Shown: positions 9,529 to 18,767 of the stretch, one piece after another
Position numbering within the stretch: the first letter of the stretch is position 1
Layout of the letters: the number at the start of each line of letters is the position of its first letter
Assembly (NCBI GenBank): GCA_964485195.1
Contig: CAZAIK010000003.1
Coordinates: forward strand, 64,800 to 125,992
Reading direction: 5' to 3'
DNA: 61,193 nucleotides
From: an uncultured Methanosarcinales archaeon
GTDB lineage: Archaea; Nanobdellota; Nanobdellia; Woesearchaeales; CAIVOO01
Made by a program: the position numbers and the translations under genes
Notes under the pieces: generated by a model
The model's input: only the letters and a program-made list of their open reading frames with translations
Databases searched by the model: none
What the model was told of the DNA's origin: nothing

Positions 9529-10559
9529 GCTATGAAATCATAAGAGCAACATTTGCAGGTGCATATCAAGAAGCAGAGGAAACAGGCAGAAGCCTTGCCT
9601 CATTTCTTGAGGTGCTTGCAATAAAAGATGCAGAAAACCTACCCGAAGAAGGATATGTTGGAACAGGCACCATAGTTGCGCATTCCAGTGCAGGAGGAAG
9701 AATGGAACACCGGTGCGAGAAAACTCCTTCTGGCCGAAGTATTGAAGATGCTCTTGTTGAGCAGTCTGCCAAGAAAGGAAAAAACAGCACTCTGCTAATT
9801 CCTGAAAAGATGCCTGATGATACCGGAATCGGATTCATAACCAATCCCGGGTCATACACTTTCAGCAGGCTGAACAAGGGTTATTTATTTTTTGCCAGAC
9901 GAAATATCCGCCACTGGCGTCAGGAGCTTCCTGAATTTGGCAACATAAGCTTCCACATCCTGCCTTACGAACTGCAGGATGAAATCTCTGAAAAATTAAA
10001 GAATATGGTTCTGGTAAACGGGAACAACAAGAACCCTTATGTGGGGCCCCTTTTATTAGGCGGGAAAAACCTTGAGAGGACAGTAACAATAATGTCCCCA
10101 TTTGCAGAATATTCTTTTGTTTTGGTCGGCGGGCGGTCTATTAAGGAAGAGAAAAAAGGAACATTTGAAGAAAATGGAGCGTCTGCAGAAGCAGTTGGGG
10201 GGTGTGAACCGGAGAAAACGACAGCAGAAATAGAACTCCCTGTTACACGGGAACAATTTTATGCTGAATTTTATCCCCTGGAGAGAATGATTAGCGATGC
10301 AAGGAGAGGCAGAAGGCATAGCCAAGATGACTGGGCTCTGGAAGGATTTTTCCAGGAGACGGAGCGAGCAAAAATTAAAGATTTTCCACGTATGTCAATA
10401 ATGACCGTGAAAAAATCATACGAGGAATATATCCATATGAGGGATGCCGCAATTAAGAAACTGGACATTGTTCCTTCCAAATTGAAAAATTACGCAATGG
10501 ACAGGTTTTTCATACCAGTTATGATGCAAATAAAAGAATATGAAGAACCGGCTTTCTAA
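9525..10559 (+). CDS. Hypothetical protein (paralog domain plus C-terminal helical extension)
   Basis: 344-aa ORF, ATGA overlap with upstream paralog. Confidence 0.65.
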   Translation: MSYEIIRATFAGAYQEAEETGRSLASFLEVLAIKDAENLPEEGYVGTGTIVAHSSAGGRMEHRCEKTPSGRSIEDALVEQSAKKGKNSTLLIPEKMPDDTGIGFITNPGSYTFSRLNKGYLFFARRNIRHWRQELPEFGNISFHILPYELQDEISEKLKNMVLVNGNNKNPYVGPLLLGGKNLERTVTIMSPFAEYSFVLVGGRSIKEEKKGTFEENGASAEAVGGCEPEKTTAEIELPVTREQFYAEFYPLERMISDARRGRRHSQDDWALEGFFQETERAKIKDFPRMSIMTVKKSYEEYIHMRDAAIKKLDIVPSKLKNYAMDRFFIPVMMQIKEYEEPAF

Positions 10560-11692
10560 ACTTTCTCGGCTATGACCGCCTTTTCAAACAGGAACAAATA
10601 AACAATTTTGTCTCCTTTAAGATGCTCCTCATACTTGTTTCTCTCAGTCCAGTAGTCCTGCGGTAGAACATTGTACCTTAATATCACTCTTCCTGCGTTA
10701 TTCTTTTGAAGGGAATGCACTACACTGTCAAAATCGTGGTGGACAGTTTCAAGTACCTTGAAGGAATTCCTGAAAAAAGGATTTTCAACCAGCTCATCAG
10801 ATGTCAGAACTCCTCTCTCTACAGGTATTGTCCTGGTGACTTTTGCAAGCTGCCAGAACATTCCCGCTTTCATCACAGCGCCGTCAACATCATACAGGTA
10901 ACTGAGAGGCAGGCCCTTCCTGTTGTCCGCAACAAACTCCCTGGTGCTGTTCTTTTCCATCCTTTCCCCGGAAGGCAGGGCCACGGCAGAGACATCTGTT
11001 TTTTTTAGCTTTCCGAAGTAAAGGGTCAGGCGGTTCAGCTGCCCATAAACAGACAGGTATTCCTTTTCGCAGTCAAAATCCACTCTTGAGATCTGGGGCG
11101 GAAATTCCATCGCAATATCGTCAGGATATTTTTCCAGCAGAAGCCTGGGGTCAGGCCTGATGGTGTCTATTCTCCTTTCAGATTCTTCAGGAAGCCTTTC
11201 AGGATCGCAAAAAAACATATCCGCTTCCTTTAACTTGCTTATTATGTTATTGTCAAGAACGTCCCCCAAAATAAACTCTACGTTACCAATTCCCAAAATT
11301 TTTGCATTCTCCTGTGCATATCTCAATTTCCTTCTGTCAATTTCCACAGCCAGGACTTTGTTGCACTGTTTGGCAAATGCGATGGACTGCATCCCAACAG
11401 AGCATCCCAAATCTACAATAGTTCCGCATTTTAGCCTTTTGGCCCTGTAATCAGCAACGACCTTGGGAGTGGCAAATCTCAAGTCTTCAGGATTGTAATA
11501 CAGATTGTCAGGAAGCCCCTTGAACCTTGCTTTTATTCTTGCTTCGGCAAGGTCATAGATCTCTTCAGCCATATCCTTCTCAAACTGCCCAAGTATCTCT
11601 GTTTTTTCCACTCCCTGCTCTATGAGAACACACATACCACTTATTACCTGTTCAATCTCTCCCCTGGAATACAAATCAAATATTGTAGCCAT
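10556..11692 (-). CDS. Class I SAM-dependent methyltransferase with C-terminal THUMP-like domain
   Basis: RFATP.VVADYRA, IVDLGCSVG, AVEID, FFCDPER; start placed at ATG 11692. Confidence 0.85.
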   Translation of the reverse strand: MATIFDLYSRGEIEQVISGMCVLIEQGVEKTEILGQFEKDMAEEIYDLAEARIKARFKGLPDNLYYNPEDLRFATPKVVADYRAKRLKCGTIVDLGCSVGMQSIAFAKQCNKVLAVEIDRRKLRYAQENAKILGIGNVEFILGDVLDNNIISKLKEADMFFCDPERLPEESERRIDTIRPDPRLLLEKYPDDIAMEFPPQISRVDFDCEKEYLSVYGQLNRLTLYFGKLKKTDVSAVALPSGERMEKNSTREFVADNRKGLPLSYLYDVDGAVMKAGMFWQLAKVTRTIPVERGVLTSDELVENPFFRNSFKVLETVHHDFDSVVHSLQKNNAGRVILRYNVLPQDYWTERNKYEEHLKGDKIVYLFLFEKAVIAEKV

Positions 11693-12308
11693 ATTTCCCT
11701 CTCGAAGGCACGAAAACAAAGTCCCCCAAATCCTTTATCTCTTCTCCCTTGCCGGATTTTTTAAGCTTTGTAATTTTCTGGCTGTGCTGGGGTCCTACCG
11801 GGGCTATTATAACCCCCTCTTTTTTTAATTGCTCCTTCCATTCTCTTGGTATTTCCGGAATTGCGGCTGTGCATATTATCTTGTCATAAGGGGATTCCTT
11901 TACATAGCCCTTTGTGCCGTCGCCATTAATTATTATTACATTTTCCAATCCCGCTTTTTCTATGTTTTTGCCTGCGAAATCATAGAGCTCCTTAGAGAAC
12001 TCAATGCTGACAACCTTTCCCTTACTGCATATTTTTCCCATCAAGGCAGCGTTATAGCCGGAGCCTGCACCTATCTCAAGCACCTTGTCGCTTTCTTTCA
12101 GCTCAAGGGCATCAAGCATTATGACAACTGTGGTCGGCTGCGAGATGGTCTGGCCTGCAGGGATGGGCAGGGGGATGTCTTCATAAACTTCATCTTTGTA
12201 ATCCTCCAAAACAAAGTCCTCTCTCTTGATTTTCTTAAAAGCAGAGATTATCTTCTCATTTATCCCCATTGTCCTGAACTTTTTAACAAGCATTCCCTTC
12301 TCAATCAT
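11676..12308 (-). CDS. pcm: Protein-L-isoaspartate O-methyltransferase
   Basis: GQTISQP, VLEIGAGSGYNAA, GDGTKGY..PYDKI, FVFVP. Confidence 0.95.
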   Translation of the reverse strand: MIEKGMLVKKFRTMGINEKIISAFKKIKREDFVLEDYKDEVYEDIPLPIPAGQTISQPTTVVIMLDALELKESDKVLEIGAGSGYNAALMGKICSKGKVVSIEFSKELYDFAGKNIEKAGLENVIIINGDGTKGYVKESPYDKIICTAAIPEIPREWKEQLKKEGVIIAPVGPQHSQKITKLKKSGKGEEIKDLGDFVFVPSRGKYGYNI

Positions 12309-13264
12309 TTTATCACGACAATTCTCTTTGTCAAACTTTTGTGGAGATAGTGCTCAAATTCCTCCTCAATGGAAAAGCCTGCTTTCTTTATAATCCTTTT
12401 GCAGTCAGTGAAGCTGGGAAATCCTATAACTGCCTTCTTTATTCCCTGCTTTTTTATGTTCATTAAAAAATCCCTGTAAAGCTTTTCCAGTTTTCCAGTT
12501 ATCCTGCTGTTCTTGCCGTAAGGCAGGTCAGTCACTATGTAATCTGCTTTAATGTTTGCTCTTGTAGCGTCCTGGCTTGCTAATTTCCAGTTTTTGACCT
12601 TGTAACCCTCCAGGTTTTTTTCGGCAAACTTGAGCATTTTTTCGGAAATGTCAAGGCCGACTGTTTTCAGTCCCATCAGCCCGGCTTCTACAAGTATTCC
12701 TCCTGTGCCGCAGAAAGGGTCAATTATTGTATCATTTTGCTCTGCTCTGGTTAAATTAACCATCGCCTTAGCCAGTTTGGGGTTTATTGCAGTCGGATGA
12801 AGCGAAGGCTTCATGGCAGACGCTCTTTGAAGATATGATTTGTCCGTTTTTCCGATTAAAATTCCCACATAGGCTTTTTTTGCACAAATAATGAAGATTT
12901 CTGTTTTCGCATTTTTCAAGTCAACTTTTGGATTTTTTAACAGCGGCCAGATTAAGCTCCCATAATACTTTTCATCTTTTATCTGATGGCAGTTTATTTT
13001 CCTCACAACATAACTCTCCTCATAAACATCCTGCCAGCTGAAATCCCTGATCATTTTTTCCATGTCTTCCGGAGGGCAGGAGATTAACAGGCGGAAAATT
13101 GAATTGGAATAGGCCAACCTTTTCTTTGCCTTTTCTATGTCCTTCTTATCGCAGTTGCAGATGATAACGTTTTCATCTATGTCAAAGCTTTTGCCCATTA
13201 CAGCCCTGAATTCCGCTTTTGCTAATTTTAAATTGTCCTTTGATAAGATGCAAATAGTTTTCAT
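12305..13264 (-). CDS. tRNA (guanine10-N2)-methyltransferase, Trm11/TrmG10 family
   Basis: THUMP-like N-half (VDLKNAK), PKLAKAMVNL, DPFCGTGGILVEA, TDLPYG; start at ATG 13264. Confidence 0.88.
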   Translation of the reverse strand: MKTICILSKDNLKLAKAEFRAVMGKSFDIDENVIICNCDKKDIEKAKKRLAYSNSIFRLLISCPPEDMEKMIRDFSWQDVYEESYVVRKINCHQIKDEKYYGSLIWPLLKNPKVDLKNAKTEIFIICAKKAYVGILIGKTDKSYLQRASAMKPSLHPTAINPKLAKAMVNLTRAEQNDTIIDPFCGTGGILVEAGLMGLKTVGLDISEKMLKFAEKNLEGYKVKNWKLASQDATRANIKADYIVTDLPYGKNSRITGKLEKLYRDFLMNIKKQGIKKAVIGFPSFTDCKRIIKKAGFSIEEEFEHYLHKSLTKRIVVIK

Positions 13265-13351
13265 GTATCTTATGGGAATTCTGGGTATAAATAAGTTGCT
13301 ATTTTTTATCATATGGAAAACTATTTAAACGCAGGCAATTTTCTCCTGCCT

Positions 13352-13690
13352 ATGGGAAAGAGAGGCAGGCCGGTAAAGTCGCAGATCAGGCAGAACATCG
13401 TGGACATACTGTATTTCCTGGGAGAAGGCTACGGCTATGAAATCTACAAGATTTACAGGGAAGTCTTTCCCAAGTGCACCCAGAAATCCATTTACTACCA
13501 CCTGAAAAAAGGCGTTGCTCTGGGCGAGTTTATAGTCAAAAAGATAGAAAAGGAAAAAGGAGAGTTCTCCTGGGGAAGCGAGGTTGAAAAGACATATTAC
13601 TCTCTGGGACCCAATGCCAAGCCCACTATGAATCCCCAGGTAAAAGAGGTTGTGGAGGACTATGTCAAAAGACGTAAGCAGGCTGGATAA
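13352..13690 (+). CDS. Conserved archaeal winged-helix protein
   Basis: RGRPVKSQIRQNIVDIL..YGYEIYKIY..SIYYHLKKG..wing YYSLG. Confidence 0.75.
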   Translation: MGKRGRPVKSQIRQNIVDILYFLGEGYGYEIYKIYREVFPKCTQKSIYYHLKKGVALGEFIVKKIEKEKGEFSWGSEVEKTYYSLGPNAKPTMNPQVKEVVEDYVKRRKQAG

Positions 13691-14270
13691 ATTAATCAGA
13701 GTAGTTGGTTTTTCTTTGTACCTCTCATTTATAATATTCTTTATTTTCCTCTTCTTCAGGGGGCTTGTGTTTTCACTTTCGCTTTTCTTCTTGTCTGTTG
13801 GGTATTTCATTTTAATATTTGTAATACTCACCTGGACAAAACATATCCATTTTAATGTCCTGCTCAGGAGAAAACAGCTGAAAAAAACCTTTTTTGATGC
13901 TGTTTATCCCTTGGCCAAAATAAAAATTTTCAACATACTTTCGTGGATAATAATAGCCCTGCTGGTCATCACCGCTGTTTTTTACATATATCATTCCAGG
14001 CCCATACACGGCGTGGCTCTGATAGTAATCGCGCTTTTAACATACTTTTACTTCCACATTCACAACATAGGAATACACATAATAAAGGAGGGGCTGGCGT
14101 TTGACTACGGCCAGATTATAGCATTAATCAAGTGGAAGGAGATTAAAAAAATGAAGCTAAAAGACAGGCACGTGCTTGTGGTATTAAAAGAAAAGAACAT
14201 CAAGAGGCACTTTTACATAGAAAATCCTGATAAGTTCAAGAAAGCAGCCAGCAAGTTCATCAGGCTGTAA
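13662..14270 (+). CDS. Membrane protein with C-terminal PH-like domain
   Basis: Four TM segments then GIHIIKEGL...IKWKEIK. Confidence 0.65.
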   Translation: MSKDVSRLDKLIRVVGFSLYLSFIIFFIFLFFRGLVFSLSLFFLSVGYFILIFVILTWTKHIHFNVLLRRKQLKKTFFDAVYPLAKIKIFNILSWIIIALLVITAVFYIYHSRPIHGVALIVIALLTYFYFHIHNIGIHIIKEGLAFDYGQIIALIKWKEIKKMKLKDRHVLVVLKEKNIKRHFYIENPDKFKKAASKFIRL

Positions 14271-14405
14271 TCATATGGCTATCAAAACCAGGATGATAAT
14301 TATGGCTAACAGCCAAATAGCATTTTTTAGTTTTTGATTAATTTCTCTTTTTTCTTCTTCTTCCTTCGGAATTCTTGTCCTGTCATAGCTTAACAATGTT
14401 TTCAC
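14271..14405 (-). CDS. Small C-terminally anchored peptide (not in ORF track)
   Basis: GTG-started 44 codons: MKTLLSYDRTRIPKEEEKREINQKLKNAIWLLAIIIILVLIAI*; fills the gap after the Tad-like gene; GGTGA SD-like sequence suggests an alternative TTG start. Confidence 0.55.
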   Translation of the reverse strand: MKTLLSYDRTRIPKEEEEKREINQKLKNAIWLLAIIIILVLIAI

Positions 14406-14414
14406 CTTCCTTCA

Positions 14415-15104
14415 TTAAAAAGAGCCCAAAAGCTGCGAGAAGAATTTGGGCGCGATTACAAAAAACAGCATATAAAATATGGAGAGCAGCAAAGGCATCT
14501 TCACCAGACTTTCTGCCCACTGCTTGTACACAACTCCCTGAAAAAGCGCAGGCGCAAAAGCGACCACACCTAAAAAAGCGTTGAGGTAAATATCAGACTC
14601 AAAACCCAGTGTGGATATCATAAAAAAGTATATCATTGGGATCACCATAGCGAAAACAAACTGGATAGTCCAGGAGCTCACCTCCGAGGACTTCCTGGCA
14701 GTATCCTGGATATCAGAGGCTTCTTTCATCTTTTGAACGATATCATACAGCAGGCGGGCATCATTTTTCCTGTTTATGAATATGAGCATAGTGCAGATTT
14801 TTGACAGAAAAGCGTCTTCAATTTCCTGAGCAGCCTGGGAAAGTGCAGTTTCCATATCACTCCCGCTGTCGCGCTTTTTAATTACCTTCTCATAATGAGA
14901 GGAAGATGCTGGTTGTTCCTTAACCAGTTGCCTCATTGCCTGCTCCAGGGAATTAGCGGATGAAAAATATTCAGCAAGCTTTTCAAGCTGGTTCAACTTA
15001 AACTCTTCTGACTTGTTGTCCGAGCTCTTTTTCAGCACTATTATAATGTAAACTATAAAAGACGCTCCAAATACATAAGGGGCGATTGCAGACAGTTCAA
15101 CCAT
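14415..15104 (-). CDS. Type II secretion system F (TadB/TadC/ArlJ-like) membrane protein
   Basis: N-terminal TM, SANSLEQAM...DSGSDMETALSQAAQEIEDAFLSKICTML T2SSF-like helices, C-terminal TMs. Confidence 0.65.
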   Translation of the reverse strand: MVELSAIAPYVFGASFIVYIIIVLKKSSDNKSEEFKLNQLEKLAEYFSSANSLEQAMRQLVKEQPASSSHYEKVIKKRDSGSDMETALSQAAQEIEDAFLSKICTMLIFINRKNDARLLYDIVQKMKEASDIQDTARKSSEVSSWTIQFVFAMVIPMIYFFMISTLGFESDIYLNAFLGVVAFAPALFQGVVYKQWAESLVKMPLLLSIFYMLFFVIAPKFFSQLLGSF

Positions 15105-15633
15105 TTTTCAGCCTCTTGAAAAACATTAACCCAACATATATCACTGCGCATACGCCAAGCACTCCTATTTTTACAGAGTCAGTTACCACGAGGCCGCTCA
15201 GTTCAACCTCTTTAAACACTTCAGCCATGCTGCCCATAAAATAAATGCCTATGGGGATTATGGCTGCAGTGGCCAGCCATCCGATTCTTGACATTGCAGA
15301 AGAGGAAACCTCTTCAAAGTTCTCCTTCCTCTCCTTTACCAAAGCTTCCCTCAGTTCCTCCAGTTTTTGCGGGGCGAAATCCCCTGCGGTCAGCGCGCGC
15401 AAAAAATCCTTTACTTTTTTTGAGCTTTCTTTTTCAGCCTGCTCATTCAAAACCGTATTTAAATCCTGCCCTTCCCCAATTTTTTGGGCAGCTTTTTTAA
15501 GGAAATCAAACCTGTCAAGATGATCTGCAAAATATTTTGTGGCATCTCTTACAGAAACCCCTGATATTAAAGCGACTCTTAATTCTTCAATTAACAGGAT
15601 AAACCTGTTCTGAGCGTCATTGTAAAAGCCCAT
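15097..15633 (-). CDS. Type II secretion system F (TadB/TadC-like) protein
   Basis: LRVALISGVSVRDA...KIGEGQDLNTVLNEQAEKESSKKVKDFLRAL, two C-terminal TMs. Confidence 0.65.
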   Translation of the reverse strand: MGFYNDAQNRFILLIEELRVALISGVSVRDATKYFADHLDRFDFLKKAAQKIGEGQDLNTVLNEQAEKESSKKVKDFLRALTAGDFAPQKLEELREALVKERKENFEEVSSSAMSRIGWLATAAIIPIGIYFMGSMAEVFKEVELSGLVVTDSVKIGVLGVCAVIYVGLMFFKRLKNG

Positions 15634-16602
15634 TTAGATTGCCTCTTTTTTTACCTTTATGTGAGAAGACTTTAAAAGCTTTTCAGCTTCTGTTTTTCTC
15701 AGCAAGTTGTTCTTTGCCCCTATGTTTCTCAATGCACTTTCGGCATTGAACTGCCCCAGTCTCAAGGAATCTTCAATTGATTTGCCTTTTATGACTCCTG
15801 CAGTGAACCCTGAGGCGAAAGAATCGCCAGCCCCCGTGGTTTCAACAACCTTTATTTTTCTCGGGACAACTGTATACTTATTTATTCCGTTATAAGCATA
15901 AGCCCCTCTCTTGCCGTCAGTAATTACCACTACCTTTCCAAACTGCTGAAGCTTTTTCAGCATCTGATTAATACTACCTTTCCCTACTAAATCTGCAGCC
16001 TCTTCCTTGTTCATGGAAAGAATGTCACAGTCAGTTATTATGTCCTTGAGGAACTCGCACCCTTTCACAGTGCAGTATTTGCTGGGGTTGAATGCATACT
16101 TTATGTTTTTTTTCTTTGCGAACTTTGCTACCCTTTTCAGGGTGTCAAGGGATTCACCCAGCATTGATGAGAAGTAAAACCATTTTGTCTTAAGCTTGGC
16201 CAGTTCAAAATCCTTGGGTTTAAGCCGGTCAGCCATTCCCTTGTAGGCCAGAATTGTCCTGTCCTTTTCCAGGCCTATGAGTATGACAGAGTAGCCTGTT
16301 TTGCCCTTTTCACACTTTCCCACGAATTTGACATTCTCCTTTTTCAACTCTCTTAATATTTCCCTGGAACTCTTGTCATTCCCCAGCTTGCCAAGATAGG
16401 CTGTCCTTAACCCCATCCTGGAGAATGAAACACCTGCATTGGTCCCCCCGCCTCCTGTCTCAAAATGGATGTCATCCACGATAATCTTGGTTCCTATGGG
16501 ATAGCATACTTCGTGCACAGAGTCTTTTTTGAGTATTTCAGGATTCCTAGTTTTTACAAAAACATCTTCTGTGGCGCTGCCAACTGTTATTACATCCTGC
16601 AT
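15634..16602 (-). CDS. PfkB/ribokinase-family carbohydrate kinase
   Basis: GGGGTNAGVSFSRMG, NKEEA, TDGKRGA, ETTGAGDSFASG. Confidence 0.93.
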   Translation of the reverse strand: MQDVITVGSATEDVFVKTRNPEILKKDSVHEVCYPIGTKIIVDDIHFETGGGGTNAGVSFSRMGLRTAYLGKLGNDKSSREILRELKKENVKFVGKCEKGKTGYSVILIGLEKDRTILAYKGMADRLKPKDFELAKLKTKWFYFSSMLGESLDTLKRVAKFAKKKNIKYAFNPSKYCTVKGCEFLKDIITDCDILSMNKEEAADLVGKGSINQMLKKLQQFGKVVVITDGKRGAYAYNGINKYTVVPRKIKVVETTGAGDSFASGFTAGVIKGKSIEDSLRLGQFNAESALRNIGAKNNLLRKTEAEKLLKSSHIKVKKEAI

Positions 16603-16635
16603 TTTAAATAAAAAAAGAAGCAATAAAATAAAAAA

Positions 16636-17034
16636 TTATGCTTTTTCAGCAAAAACATAGAGCTCTTTCAAAGCCACCACTATCCCTGCGGGCACAACCA
16701 GTATCATCAGATAGGTTAGCAGTCCCTGCAGGAACTGGCCTATGAAGTTAAACGCCGAGCCCTGTCCTACCAGCCCCAGGTATGTGGAGCCAAAGCCGAA
16801 CATTATCACCAGCACAACACTGGCAAGCAGGAATTGCGTAGTTTCCTTTGCTGATATGTTCAAAAGCCCTACAATGATGCCTATAATCACCAATATCGAA
16901 AGTACCACAGTGTTGGTGGACACAGCCTGATTAATCACTGCGATTATGGCCCAAACCACTGCAAGAAGAACTCCCAGCAAAAAGGCATACCTGCCAACCA
17001 TGGCAGCTGGTTTCACCCTCTTTTTTGTCATCAT
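16636..17034 (-). CDS. Four-TM conserved hypothetical membrane protein
   Basis: GIIVGLLNISAKE..FLLA motif; GGAGGTG SD upstream. Confidence 0.75.
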   Translation of the reverse strand: MMTKKRVKPAAMVGRYAFLLGVLLAVVWAIIAVINQAVSTNTVVLSILVIIGIIVGLLNISAKETTQFLLASVVLVIMFGFGSTYLGLVGQGSAFNFIGQFLQGLLTYLMILVVPAGIVVALKELYVFAEKA

Positions 17035-17109
17035 AACACCTCCTTTTTTTAAATATTATGGAAGGTCTTAAACCGCTTCTGTATTTAAATTTTGCTATAA
17101 AAATAGAGC

Positions 17110-18036
17110 CTAGAGGATGTTATCCAGTATTTTGTGCGCTTTCAGTGATATCTCTCTTTCTTCAAGGTCAACCCACTTGTTCCCCAGCCTTGCGGATAAT
17201 TCTGTCCTCAAAACCTCTTTTTCGCGGTTGGAAACCCTGGCCATCTTGTCTGCTTCTATAAGCCCGTAAGGATATCCCAGAAAAATTGGGTCGTTGGATG
17301 TGAAAGCGAGATAGCTGAATATTTCAGGAACAGCGCAAGGCATTGCATCGCATCTCAGCACAGCTTTCGCTTCTGGATGAAGATTTATCAAGTGAGTCTG
17401 GAACTCTGTTTCAGCGATTTTTGAGTTCCACCTCCCTTCAGGGGATTTCTTTTTCGCAAGGAACGGCAGCGATTCCCCGTGATTGTTTATGAGAGTGGTT
17501 GACTTGGAAAGTGCGCATAAGTTTATCTTTCTGTTCTGTGCGATTTCCTTTAGCCGGTCCAAAAATTTCTTTTCAACATCAAATCTTGTTTCAAGACTTC
17601 CATCCAGGACAACAGATGCGTTCTGTTGAAGCTCTCTTGAAAGTGTGCAGGCCATGCTAATCTCTGCAACTCTTCTTGTTACATCTGCAAAAGCATTTAA
17701 ATTAGCCTGGGCAAAATGGAAAACAAGGGAATTCTCATCCAGTAATTTACCTCCCTTGACAGGCATAATTCTTGTTTTTACCACCATCTTCTCATTTTCC
17801 CTCACTGTGTAGAACAGGGCATAGAATTCAGAAACTTGACAAAACGCTTTTTCTCTTCCCTTGAAGGCAACTCCTGCCACCCGTATGAATTGTATGGAGA
17901 AGCCAGGCCCTCCCACTAATTCAGAATTGCCTCCGTCAACAAAGAGCACTTCGCCGCTCTGCGGGCTAAAAACTGAAAAATCCCCTGAAAAAAGATTCTC
18001 TCCCCCTTTATCTAACACATTTATGAAATCTTTCAT
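17110..18036 (-). CDS. nurA: NurA-family nuclease
   Basis: FVDGG, RRVAE, VVLDGSL, ALSKST, GYPYGLIEADKMARVS, C-terminal H..LD. Confidence 0.88.
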   Translation of the reverse strand: MKDFINVLDKGGENLFSGDFSVFSPQSGEVLFVDGGNSELVGGPGFSIQFIRVAGVAFKGREKAFCQVSEFYALFYTVRENEKMVVKTRIMPVKGGKLLDENSLVFHFAQANLNAFADVTRRVAEISMACTLSRELQQNASVVLDGSLETRFDVEKKFLDRLKEIAQNRKINLCALSKSTTLINNHGESLPFLAKKKSPEGRWNSKIAETEFQTHLINLHPEAKAVLRCDAMPCAVPEIFSYLAFTSNDPIFLGYPYGLIEADKMARVSNREKEVLRTELSARLGNKWVDLEEREISLKAHKILDNIL

Positions 18037-18108
18037 AATATTGCCTTTGCAGCACCAGTATTAATATTTTTTGAAAAACTTTATAAAATCCTCCCTTCTA
18101 ATAAGCTT

Positions 18109-18570
18109 ATGAAAGTCTACATAATCCTGGTTGCACTCTCCCTCGTAATTGTTGCGGGATGCGCCCAGACTTCTCCCCCTGAAGATTCTGAGCCTGTCCA
18201 AGTGCCTGACCAGGAAACAGAGGAGGGAGTTGATGAGCAGAAAAAGACCTATGATTTTGTCATAAACAAAACAACCATAAGCTCCATAGACTGGGAGGTT
18301 AATGAAAGGGTAACCATTTACCCTGTTATAAGAAATCTTGGAGATTCAGTGGAAGGGCTGGAAATAGAAATACTCGCAAATGAAGAGGTCATCAAAACAT
18401 ATTCTCTTGATTTTCAGAAAGGTGAGACAAAACAGATAACTTATGACTGGTATCCTGAAAAGGCAGGGAAATATCTCATAAGGGTAGTGCTGGACCCTGA
18501 AAGGGAATTCCCTGACATTCACAGGAAAAATAATCAGATTAATATGACCATCCAGATTAACGAGCAATAG
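18109..18570 (+). CDS. Lipoprotein with CARDB/Ig-like domain
   Basis: Lipobox IVAGC, IRNLG, GKYLIRVVLDP..NNQ. Confidence 0.85.
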   Translation: MKVYIILVALSLVIVAGCAQTSPPEDSEPVQVPDQETEEGVDEQKKTYDFVINKTTISSIDWEVNERVTIYPVIRNLGDSVEGLEIEILANEEVIKTYSLDFQKGETKQITYDWYPEKAGKYLIRVVLDPEREFPDIHRKNNQINMTIQINEQ

Positions 18571-18719
18571 GGTTAAGTCAAGTATTCTGTGTTGGTGCTG
18601 GTGCTGCCTGGCGCAGTTGCCAACTAAGACCTTAGATTGCAAATAAGTCGGGTTCAGGAGCGGTTTTGGAAGCGGACGGAGCGCAGCACCAGCTTTTGCA
18701 CAATTAACTTGACTTAACC
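18571..18719 (+). mobile_element. MITE-like element, copy 1 (149 bp)
   Basis: Perfect 13-bp TIR GGTTAAGTCAAGT/ACTTGACTTAACC; flanking 8-bp direct repeat AGCAATAG (18563-18570, 18720-18727). Confidence 0.88.
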
Positions 18720-18767
18720 AGCAATAGCAAAATTTTTATATATGTTCTTTTATTACCTCTAATAATC

